Shown here: piece by piece, positions 7,874-15,023 of the stretch
Position numbering within the stretch: position 1 is the stretch's first letter
Layout of the letters: every line of letters starts with the position of its first letter
Origin: an uncultured virus (IMG/VR IMGVR_UViG_3300047547_000492)
Lineage: Duplodnaviria > Heunggongvirae > Uroviricota > Caudoviricetes
Direction: 5' to 3' (one strand)
DNA: 20,000 bases
Virus record (IMG/VR): IMGVR_UViG_3300047547_000492
Program-made: the position numbers and the translations under genes
The notes under the pieces: model-generated
The model's database searches: none
What the model was told of the DNA's origin: nothing
Seen by the model: only the letters and a program-made list of their open reading frames with translations

Positions 7874-8323
7874 ATGAACGATGATGCGGTCCACCCGTTG
7901 ATCGCTCTGGCCGTCCGTCTCATGGTCCAGGACGAGTCACAACGAGTAGAATGCGGTCTGATCAACGCTCCGTCGGAGTGCGTCGCGATCATCTCGAAGG
8001 CCAACGCCATGGAGATGGCCGAGGCCGTGGCGACGAGCGACGAAGACTTCCAGAAGCTCGCCAAACTCGCCGGCGACGAGACGATCTCCGCCCTGATCGA
8101 CGCGGAGAGAGCGCGCAGTCCGTTCCTGGACGATGCCGACACGTTCGACATGGACGAGCCCTGGCCCTCGGACCTCGCGGATCCCGAGCCGCTCTGGTCG
8201 ATGCTCACGACCTGGGTGCACCACTGCGAGCTGGTCAAGGAGCTCGACGACTCGAGGATGGCCAATGCTGACCGCGGACCGAGGTTCGCCGAGTACATGA
8301 AGAGCGCCCCACTCGTCGACTGA
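7874..8323 (+). CDS. Acidic hypothetical phage protein (149 aa)
   Basis: GAGAGGTG RBS; high-GC3 codon usage; Asp/Glu-rich. Confidence 0.8.
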   Translation: MNDDAVHPLIALAVRLMVQDESQRVECGLINAPSECVAIISKANAMEMAEAVATSDEDFQKLAKLAGDETISALIDAERARSPFLDDADTFDMDEPWPSDLADPEPLWSMLTTWVHHCELVKELDDSRMANADRGPRFAEYMKSAPLVD

Positions 8324-8348
8324 ACCGCCAACCCTAGGAGACACGCCG

Positions 8349-8522
8349 ATGGCCGTCGGAGAGAGCAAGAACGCAGGATTCGCGAAGGAGTGTGCGTCGG
8401 GATCCCGCTCCCGACGGTTCGGCAAGAGAGCGAGGACGAGGTCGTTCCGCAGGGAGACGATCCCCGACGACGAGCTCGAATGCGCGGCGTTCGACGACGT
8501 CACGACGACCGGGAGGGGTTAG
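8349..8522 (+). CDS. Small hypothetical protein (57 aa)
   Basis: AGGAG RBS, then MAVGESKNAGFAKECASGSRSRRFGKRARTRSFRRETIPDDELECAAFDDVTTTGRG. The TAG stop lies inside RNA motif copy 4. Below the ORF-track cutoff. Confidence 0.6.
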   Translation: MAVGESKNAGFAKECASGSRSRRFGKRARTRSFRRETIPDDELECAAFDDVTTTGRG

Positions 8523-8555
8523 GCCCGGTGCGGCTCCCGTCGAGGGAGCGTCCCC
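8508..8555 (+). ncRNA. Pistol-like ribozyme candidate, copy 4 (P1-less)
   Basis: ACCGGG-AGGGG-TTAGG-CCCGGT-GCG-GCTCCC(GTCGA)GGGAGC-GT-CCCC. Predicted cut G8550/U8551; ATG at 8574. Confidence 0.75.
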
Positions 8556-8573
8556 AACAACGAGAGGTGTTCA

Positions 8574-8948
8574 ATGCCCAAGGTGGACCTCAACGAGATC
8601 GCCAGGGTCTGCTACGAGAACGATCAGGGGGTCGCCTACGCCTACGGCGATCACGCCTGGCCGGCGGGATGCCCGACGGGCACCGACGCGCTCAAGCTCA
8701 TCGACGAGAAGGTGCGGTTCATGGGGTTCGAGCCGGACCACCTCAGGTCGGACGTGTGGAATGCGAAGGAACACTGCCTCCGTCTGATGTCGTATCCGAG
8801 GCCCGCGGTCAAGGTGCCCGACGGCAAGACCTTCGAGGAATGGGCCGATGACGTCGTCTCGGGGAAGGCCGGCGTGTCCGACGGGTGTCTGGCAAGCAGC
8901 CTCGACGAGTTCGTCAAGCTGAACGAGCGACTCAAACGTTCCGAGTGA
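8574..8948 (+). CDS. Hypothetical phage protein (124 aa)
   Basis: GAGAGGTG RBS; typical codon usage; stop abuts RNA motif copy 5. Confidence 0.8.
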   Translation: MPKVDLNEIARVCYENDQGVAYAYGDHAWPAGCPTGTDALKLIDEKVRFMGFEPDHLRSDVWNAKEHCLRLMSYPRPAVKVPDGKTFEEWADDVVSGKAGVSDGCLASSLDEFVKLNERLKRSE

Positions 8949-8994
8949 CTCGGAGGGGTTAGGCCGAGTGCGGCGGTCGAGAGGCCGCGTCCCC
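8948..8994 (+). ncRNA. Pistol-like ribozyme candidate, copy 5 (P1-less)
   Basis: ACTCGG-AGGGG-TTAGG-CCGAGT-GCG-GCGGTC(GAGA)GGCCGC-GT-CCCC. GNRA tetraloop and a U-G wobble. Predicted cut G8989/U8990; ATG at 9013. Confidence 0.75.
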
Positions 8995-9012
8995 AACAAC
9001 GAGAGGTGTCAA

Positions 9013-9366
9013 ATGTCGAGTGTGAAGTCGGCCGTTCAGGCCGCGATCGATCATCTGCGTGGCCGCGGCGTCGGGATCCCCGAAGACATGATCGATGACG
9101 CCGTCAACGTGGCCGAGGAGGTCGAGTCCGACGCAAACGAGGACGCCTGGGACGCCTGGGATCCCGACGAAGACCCGATGTACGCGGGCGATGGAACGTG
9201 GTTCGCTCAGGAGGACTCGGCCCTCCGCGCCTCCGGACCGGGCAACCCCCGGAACCTGCCCTGCCCGACCTGCCGCGAGCCCAACCGCCTGACCCCGGCC
9301 GACCGCGCCAGGGGCTACCAGTGCGACAGCTGCGCGGACAAGGTCGAGCGCGGGTGGATGGAATGA
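9013..9366 (+). CDS. Small protein with a C-terminal CxxC..CxxC zinc finger
   Basis: ATG 9013 after the GAGAGGTG RBS; NPRNLPCPTC...GYQCDSCAD. Confidence 0.8.
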   Translation: MSSVKSAVQAAIDHLRGRGVGIPEDMIDDAVNVAEEVESDANEDAWDAWDPDEDPMYAGDGTWFAQEDSALRASGPGNPRNLPCPTCREPNRLTPADRARGYQCDSCADKVERGWME

Positions 9367-10085
9367 GCCCCGAGACGAAACAGTGGGTCCGGGACGTGGC
9401 CTACGCAGCGTGCTCGGACCTCGAGAGGATGGACAAGGGCGTCGCGTTCGGGCGCACGTCCTGGAGCGTCGCCATCAACACCCGATGGCCGGCCGATGCG
9501 CCCACCAAGTTCGTGGAGCGCCAACAGATTGTGTTCGACACCCTCAACGAGCTGTACGCTGAGAGCGCGTTCGTCACGTTCCAGGACGGCACCGTGATGA
9601 CGAAATTCGCCCTGAGTCGGATCCCCCGGGTCCCGCGCCTCAACTCCAGGCGCGGTCAGGCCGTCCGACTCGTCGCCTGGCTGATGCACCACGGCGGGCC
9701 GATGGCCCGGCACGAGGTCGTGCGCGCCGCGCTCAGGCGAGGGGCGCACCTCGGGTCCTCCAGTCGCCCCTCGCACGCGTGGTTGCTGTCGTGGTCCGGC
9801 GGCCTGAAGGGTGACGGGAGGCTGTGGGTCGGGAAGCGCATCCAGACCATCCGGCACGCCGACGGGACGTGCCGGGTGCGGTTCGGCTACCAGCTGTTCT
9901 TCCCCGGACCAAAGATCGAGCTGGCACTGAACGACGGGTTCGTTCCCGACGATCGAGACCACGCCCAGCTCGAGAAACTCATCGTCGACAACGCTCACCT
10001 GCTCGAGTCGAAGCTCGGACAGCTGAGCGTCGGCACGGACTGGCGTCCCAACGAGACGCTCCCGGAGGACCACCATGCTCTCTGA
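9363..10085 (+). CDS. Hypothetical protein with a putative winged-helix-like domain (paralog of the next gene)
   Basis: ATGA overlap with the upstream stop; GPMARHEVV..A...GAHLGSSSRPSHAWLLSWSGGLKG..RLW. Confidence 0.75.
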   Translation: MSPETKQWVRDVAYAACSDLERMDKGVAFGRTSWSVAINTRWPADAPTKFVERQQIVFDTLNELYAESAFVTFQDGTVMTKFALSRIPRVPRLNSRRGQAVRLVAWLMHHGGPMARHEVVRAALRRGAHLGSSSRPSHAWLLSWSGGLKGDGRLWVGKRIQTIRHADGTCRVRFGYQLFFPGPKIELALNDGFVPDDRDHAQLEKLIVDNAHLLESKLGQLSVGTDWRPNETLPEDHHAL

Positions 10086-10818
10086 CTACAAGATCGTCGA
10101 CGGTCGACCCCGCGACAGGTGGTCGGACCACGTCACCATCGACGCGAAGACGTGGATCCTCATGGAGTGCTCCTTCGAGGACGTCACTAAGGTCAGCCTG
10201 CTGCTCGACACGGCCAAGGAGATCGGCGTGGACTTCCACGAGGAGGTCAAGGACGCCATCGTGTCGATGACCCACGATGGCCTGCTCAGGCACTCGAGGG
10301 ATGAACTGCTCATCGTCGACGACACCGCCGCGACGCACCGACTTCCGACGATCTCATCGGCCAGCGGCCTGGCCATCCGAGCGTTGGCGCACGTGATGTC
10401 TCGGGCGGGCCCGATGTCCAGAGGCGAGATGGTCGCCATCGCCGAGGAGATCGGCGCTCACGTCGGAACGTCGGATGACCCGAGCCAAGCGTGGCTCCTG
10501 TCCCACTCCGGTGGCCTGACCGGGCGCCAGCGCCTCTGGCGCCCGGTGAAGCAGCCTGAGACGCTACGCCGCTCCGACGGATCCATACGCTGCCGGCGCA
10601 ACGCCTCGATGTTCCACCCCGGGTGGCGACTGAACGAGGTCGCCCGGGAGATGGACCTCGTCTCGATCACGCACCTGATGGCCGGCGTTGAGGTGCTGCA
10701 CGCCGACGACGGGCGCCGGCAGTACACGGCCACTATCCGACGTTCGATCGACTCCTACGTCGACGACATCGCAGGGCACAACCGACACAACGGATTCCCG
10801 ACACCAGGAGACGAGTGA
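10075..10818 (+). CDS. Hypothetical protein with a putative winged-helix-like domain (paralog of the previous gene)
   Basis: GGAGG RBS; GPMSRGEMV..A...GAHVGTSDDPSQAWLLSHSGGLTG..RLW. Confidence 0.8.
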   Translation: MLSDYKIVDGRPRDRWSDHVTIDAKTWILMECSFEDVTKVSLLLDTAKEIGVDFHEEVKDAIVSMTHDGLLRHSRDELLIVDDTAATHRLPTISSASGLAIRALAHVMSRAGPMSRGEMVAIAEEIGAHVGTSDDPSQAWLLSHSGGLTGRQRLWRPVKQPETLRRSDGSIRCRRNASMFHPGWRLNEVAREMDLVSITHLMAGVEVLHADDGRRQYTATIRRSIDSYVDDIAGHNRHNGFPTPGDE

Positions 10819-11129
10819 TGGAGTACATCGAACCGAAGGAGCTCGAGGTCAGGTGGTCCGACGTCCTGGCCGTGAGGACGGGCTCGCGCACTGACCCGTG
10901 CACCATCGAGTCGCTGATCCTCGAGATCTTCCCCAACCGATCGTTCTCGGTGGACCGAGAGGACGGCGGGATCTCGAGGATCACGATCAACTGTCACGTG
11001 GACGTCGACGGCGAGTATCGAGGCTACGAGCTCACCTGGCGCGACGACTTCACGGTCCGTCACTGCACCGTCGACAGACGATGGGTCGACGATCGTCCGG
11101 TCGTGTACTCGAGGGACTGGGAGTTCTGA
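10815..11129 (+). CDS. Hypothetical phage protein (~104 aa)
   Basis: Start overlaps the upstream stop (GTGATG); AGGAG RBS. Confidence 0.7.
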   Translation: MMEYIEPKELEVRWSDVLAVRTGSRTDPCTIESLILEIFPNRSFSVDREDGGISRITINCHVDVDGEYRGYELTWRDDFTVRHCTVDRRWVDDRPVVYSRDWEF

Positions 11130-11135
11130 CGTGGC

Positions 11136-11161
11136 GGTCGCCGGTCCTCTGACCGGCGACC
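11136..11161 (+). terminator. Intergenic 11-bp GC hairpin (possible terminator or processing stem)
   Basis: GGTCGCCGGTC-CTCT-GACCGGCGACC directly after the stop at 11129; only a weak T tract follows. Confidence 0.45.
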
Positions 11162-11212
11162 ATCGTCTTTGAGCGATTTTGACCGACGACAACCTTCAAC
11201 GAGAGGTGACCC

Positions 11213-11482
11213 GTGCTCTTCTTCACCGCGATGACGCTGATCTCCCTGTCGTGCCTCTTCGGCGGAACGGCCCTGTTCCTTTACGCCGCCAAGGAATTCC
11301 AGCGCGAGCGGGCGTTCCTCAAGGCGATGGCCGACATGAACGACCGGGCCAAGCCCGTCCTCCCGAAGATGGTCCAAAACACCTACGACTGCACGATGGA
11401 GCCGATGCCAGAACGCGTCGTCAAACCCGTCCGTCTGTCCCCGCTGACCCTCGACGAGCTCAGCCTCTCGGACGGCAAGTGA
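11213..11482 (+). CDS. Small membrane-anchored hypothetical protein (89 aa)
   Basis: GAGAGGTG RBS; hydrophobic N-terminal helix MLFFTAMTLISLSCLFGGTALFLY. Confidence 0.75.
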   Translation: MLFFTAMTLISLSCLFGGTALFLYAAKEFQRERAFLKAMADMNDRAKPVLPKMVQNTYDCTMEPMPERVVKPVRLSPLTLDELSLSDGK

Positions 11483-11676
11483 CACCGGTCAGACCGAGGA
11501 TCGTCTGGATCATCGACGAATCGATCCGACGCCCGGCCGTTTCGACGTCATGCCATTCGCCGTGCCCGTCGTGCGGCCTGTCCGACGTGAAAACGGACCA
11601 CGACGTGTGCGATGCCTGTGAAGACGCCGTGTCTCGAGAGTACGAGCTCAGAACCGAGTTCCAACCTGAGAGGTGA
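11479..11676 (+). CDS. Small CxxC..CxxC zinc-finger protein (65 aa)
   Basis: GTGA overlap with the upstream stop; CPSC...CDAC; 3' part of ORF 11179..11676. Confidence 0.6.
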   Translation: MTPVRPRIVWIIDESIRRPAVSTSCHSPCPSCGLSDVKTDHDVCDACEDAVSREYELRTEFQPER

Positions 11677-11679
11677 GAG

Positions 11680-12273
11680 ATGTCGATCGTGTTCAACGAG
11701 ATGATGCTCAGGGTCGCCAAGGCCGTCGAAGGTCAACCGAGGACCGTCGAGAGGGTGTTCGAGGCCCTGAAGGCCGCCGGGTTCGACGATCATCAACGAC
11801 CTCTGGTCGCGATGGGCGTCTGCGCCATGGCGAGGATCCACTGCGAGGACCGTGAGCCCGTGCCCGAGGACCAGCGCACCGACGACTGGAAGCGCATGGT
11901 CAACGAGCTGGTGTTCCACCGGATGGAGGTCAGCTTCGGCGACGGCCTCGAGCGGGATTACGCCGAGGCCGGCGGGGTCACCCTCGGCTACCCGGTCCAC
12001 TGCATGACGATCGAAGAGATGATCGTCGACTTCTCCGTCGACCTGTACGACCACAACGCCTGGATGGTCTCTGCGTGCGAGACGATGCTCGTCATGGACG
12101 ATCAGACGTTCGACCGGCTGATCTATCGCTTCGACCAACCACCGCTCGACGACCACTCCACCGACCGTCAGATGGCCATCATGGACCTGCTCGAGCAGCT
12201 CGACGGACCGAGCGGCGAGGAGCTGTTCGCGGAACACGCTCAGGCCGTCACTGGTGTCCCGTGGACCAGGTGA
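11680..12273 (+). CDS. Hypothetical phage protein (197 aa)
   Basis: GAGAGGTG RBS; typical codon usage. Confidence 0.8.
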   Translation: MSIVFNEMMLRVAKAVEGQPRTVERVFEALKAAGFDDHQRPLVAMGVCAMARIHCEDREPVPEDQRTDDWKRMVNELVFHRMEVSFGDGLERDYAEAGGVTLGYPVHCMTIEEMIVDFSVDLYDHNAWMVSACETMLVMDDQTFDRLIYRFDQPPLDDHSTDRQMAIMDLLEQLDGPSGEELFAEHAQAVTGVPWTR

Positions 12274-12761
12274 GCGACCCCGTGACGGGAGACCAGCTGT
12301 GCAGGAGCCTCAGGCGCTGCAGCCCAGACCTCCTGAGGCGGCTGGTCGACACGTGGATCGAGTGCCCGACGTCCTCCAGAGTCGGGTTCGACTGGTCCGC
12401 CGTCGCGGCGACCGATCGGGCCATGGAGTGGCGCAGGGCCGAGCTCGAGGCCGAGAGGATCGAACAGGAGCGGGACGTCGAACTCCGGCATCGGTCCTTC
12501 CTGAAGGACATCGGGGCGATCGGCTGCGGCATGGGCCGATTCCGCTGCTCAGAGCGCCTCATCGAATGGTGGACGTTCCCCGAGGGGACGAGCGTCGATG
12601 AGGCGCTCGACAGGCTGCGCCTGATGGGGATCTCGGTGGACGGCACGGAGAACCGCTACGCCTGGTCGCCGACCGGCCTGTGGTTCAACCGCGCCGCCAG
12701 GGCGAAGGTCCTGAGGTCGGGGCGGCTGCACGTCACGATGCAGAGCGCACTCGACATCTGA
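12270..12761 (+). CDS. Hypothetical phage protein (163 aa)
   Basis: GTGA overlap with the upstream stop; 3' part of ORF 12075..12761. Confidence 0.7.
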   Translation: MSDPVTGDQLCRSLRRCSPDLLRRLVDTWIECPTSSRVGFDWSAVAATDRAMEWRRAELEAERIEQERDVELRHRSFLKDIGAIGCGMGRFRCSERLIEWWTFPEGTSVDEALDRLRLMGISVDGTENRYAWSPTGLWFNRAARAKVLRSGRLHVTMQSALDI

Positions 12762-12765
12762 GCGA

Positions 12766-13098
12766 TTAGACCGCGTGACGCCTGGCCGCGGTCCTGATGC
12801 GACTCAGGTAATGAGGCCCGTGCCTCGGACCGACGTTGTGCTGTGGGAAGGCCGCCGCGAGGACGTCCGTCAGTTCGTCGGACTTCGCGCCGTCCACCCC
12901 TCCCGCGAGCTCGACGTACAGCTCGCTCATGCCGACCTGTGTCGTGACCCTCCTCCTCTCGAGGAGGACCTCCACGTCCCTCGCCAAATCGCCGCTGGGG
13001 CTCACCCCGATCCTCCTGAGGGCCGTCCTGACGCCCTGAGCGGCGTGGGTCTGGAGCATCGCCTCTGCGGCGGCCCTCGAATCGATCTTTGCGTTCAC
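12766..13098 (-). CDS. Hypothetical protein, RHGPxYLS family paralog 2 (110 aa)
   Basis: GTG 13098 after an AGGAGG RBS. LYVEL..G....ELTDVLAAAFPQHNVGPRHGPHYLSRIRT aligns end to end with the N-terminal domain of the 19397 gene. Confidence 0.8.
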   Translation of the reverse strand: MNAKIDSRAAAEAMLQTHAAQGVRTALRRIGVSPSGDLARDVEVLLERRRVTTQVGMSELYVELAGGVDGAKSDELTDVLAAAFPQHNVGPRHGPHYLSRIRTAARRHAV

Positions 13099-13173
13099 CC
13101 TGTCCCTCCTGATCCTGTTGTATGATCCGGTGGGACGGTCTGCCAACCAACTTACAAGCGGTCGAGGTGCGAG

Positions 13174-14001
13174 ATGAGCGTCAGGGAGGAACTGGAACGT
13201 CGGGTGAGGGAGGCCATCGGTCCGCGCGATCCGGCGTGGCTGGTGTACGCCGACTGGCTGACGGAGCACGACGACCCTCGAGGGGAGTGGATCGTGATGC
13301 TCCACGAGCGTCTACGGACCGGCGTCAATGTTTCGAAGGAATTCGAGTGGCTCTCAACCGCCGCTCGAAGGGTCGACGCTTGGGTCGCCGAGCGATCGCC
13401 GAAATTCACCCGGATCGACGACTGCATCAGGACGTACGGGTTCCCCACGACGCTGGTCCTGAGACAGTGGATGTCGGGAGACGCGTCCATCGCGGAATGG
13501 CTCCTGAGCGACGACTGTCGTCTTGTGAGCGCGATGCTCGTTCCAGAAGAGCAGACGCAAGGACGCGCCGGATGGCCGATGCATCGAATCTTGGTTCTTC
13601 CGAGGATCGATCAGCTGAAAAATCTCGGCATCGTGGGACGCCGCAAGACCGACTCGTCGACATACCTGATCTCGTGCTGTCCGAGGCTGTCGAATCTGAC
13701 GACGTTGAGGTTGGACCGAAATCAGATCACCTCCGCCGGCGCGTTCAACCTCTCGAGGTCTCCGAATCTTCGCAGCCTGCGCTGTCTGTCGCTCGTCGAC
13801 AATCCGGTCGACTTCGACGGAGTCGAGGAATTGATCAACTCGAAGGAGCTCAGAGGCCTGACGAGGCTCGAGGTGAGCGCCTCTCCCGAGCTCAAGAGGC
13901 GCCTCGAGGGCGTCGGCAGGGACGGGTTGGAGATCGTGGTCTGGGACCGGATCGAGGACATGCGCGTTCGCTTCGACGCGCCACCTCGGTTGGATCGCTG
14001 A
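13174..14001 (+). CDS. TIGR02996-domain protein with C-terminal leucine-rich repeats
   Basis: N-terminal P.D.AWLVYADWL.E.DDPRGEWI is the TIGR02996 signature. LSNLTTLRLDRNQITSAGAFNL and LRSLRCLSLVDNPVDFDGVEEL are RI-like LRRs. GAGGTG RBS. Confidence 0.85.
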   Translation: MSVREELERRVREAIGPRDPAWLVYADWLTEHDDPRGEWIVMLHERLRTGVNVSKEFEWLSTAARRVDAWVAERSPKFTRIDDCIRTYGFPTTLVLRQWMSGDASIAEWLLSDDCRLVSAMLVPEEQTQGRAGWPMHRILVLPRIDQLKNLGIVGRRKTDSSTYLISCCPRLSNLTTLRLDRNQITSAGAFNLSRSPNLRSLRCLSLVDNPVDFDGVEELINSKELRGLTRLEVSASPELKRRLEGVGRDGLEIVVWDRIEDMRVRFDAPPRLDR

Positions 14002-14294
14002 GCGTCGTCAACCCTCCGAGACCCGAGGGTTGGACGCCTGAGGGCTCCGAGTGGCCAAGGAATGGCGAAAAACGGGCGCCCGATTTGTCTGAAAAGCGTG
14101 ATTTGAGGAAAGTCTGAGTGGTTTTCGTCTCTCAGGCGATCTAATGCAGTAGGTCAATCCGCAAATCAGTAGGTGGTCCGCAATCCGATGTGCCCTGTTG
14201 CCCCGAGGCCTGTCGGTCAATCCGGGTGACGTTGCTCCCACCCTCTGCCCTCCGATGCGCCTGAGGGGCAGCCCGAGCGTCGGGATCCCCGTCT

Positions 14295-14337
14295 GCGTCC
14301 ACCCGGCGCGTCCACCCGGCGCGTCCATCCGGCGCGT
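14295..14337. repeat. 13-bp tandem repeat, about 3.3 copies
   Basis: GCGTCCA(C/T)CCGGC at 14295, 14308 and 14321. Confidence 0.85.
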
Positions 14338-14433
14338 GGGACGTCCCGAGAGACGCACGGCCGAGCGCACGCGTCCAACGCTCACTTGTCGTCATTCGTC
14401 GACCATGTGGAACGACGACGCTCTGACTTTCAT

Positions 14434-14839
14434 CCCGAGAGTTGACCACGGCTGAGAGCCCCCAACACTCAGGGGACCTACTGATCAACGCTTTGACTCT
14501 TGAGGGGGGCGCCGACCTCCCTCCAACTAGAAAGGGTAGCAATCTCTAACAAGTTGGATTTGGCCAGTTAGGATCCGATCTGTCTCTCTGTCTTTCTCTC
14601 TTCCTCTCTATATATACGTGTCTACAAAATTGTCTAGTGGGCTCCATGCCACTAGTACGATCTATACATACGTATAGAGGTATACGTTGAGATCCAAAGA
14701 TCAGACTGGCCAAATCCAACTTGTTAGAGATTGCTACCCTTTCTAGTTGGAGGGAGGTCGGCGCCCCCCTCAAGAGTCAAAGCGTTGATCAGTAGGTCCC
14801 CTGAGTGTTGGGGGCTCTCAGCCGTGGTCAACTCTCGGG
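14434..14839. repeat. Perfect 135-bp inverted repeat flanking a 136-bp AT-rich spacer (candidate origin or invertible segment)
   Basis: Arm 14434-14568 is the exact reverse complement of 14705-14839 (checked by hand). The spacer has a CT tract, TATATAC and two small palindromes. Confidence 0.95.
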
Positions 14840-15023
14840 GGTGGCTTCAGGGGCTGAGATCTTTACGCCTCGCTCAGCGCCCAACCGTGTGACGATCTGT
14901 CACCACTCGGCTGACAGATCGTCAGCCGAACCCTCCGACGGCCCTGCAGAAATGGCCTGCCGCCGCGGTTTACGCCTGCATCGGCAGGCGATACATGATC
15001 CTCACCTCCACAGGAGAAGTCAG

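Noticed and set aside
6849..8994. Repeated motif as a DNA promoter/operator or an intrinsic terminator
   Set aside because: Compensatory changes, G-U wobbles, variable-length hairpins and a GNRA loop indicate RNA structure, and there is no -10 box or U tract. A dual role cannot be fully excluded.
8948..8994. c-di-GMP-I riboswitch on the minus strand (GGGACGC...CGGCCTAA look-alike)
   Set aside because: There is no GAAA-capped P1 and the element spacing is wrong. The motif would be antisense to the genes, and the wobble pairs favour the plus strand.
14008..15023. Short ORFs across the inverted-repeat region and the 5' extension of ORF 14805..16031
   Set aside because: Atypical composition, no RBS and overlap with repeats; ATG 15024 has a clear AGGAG.
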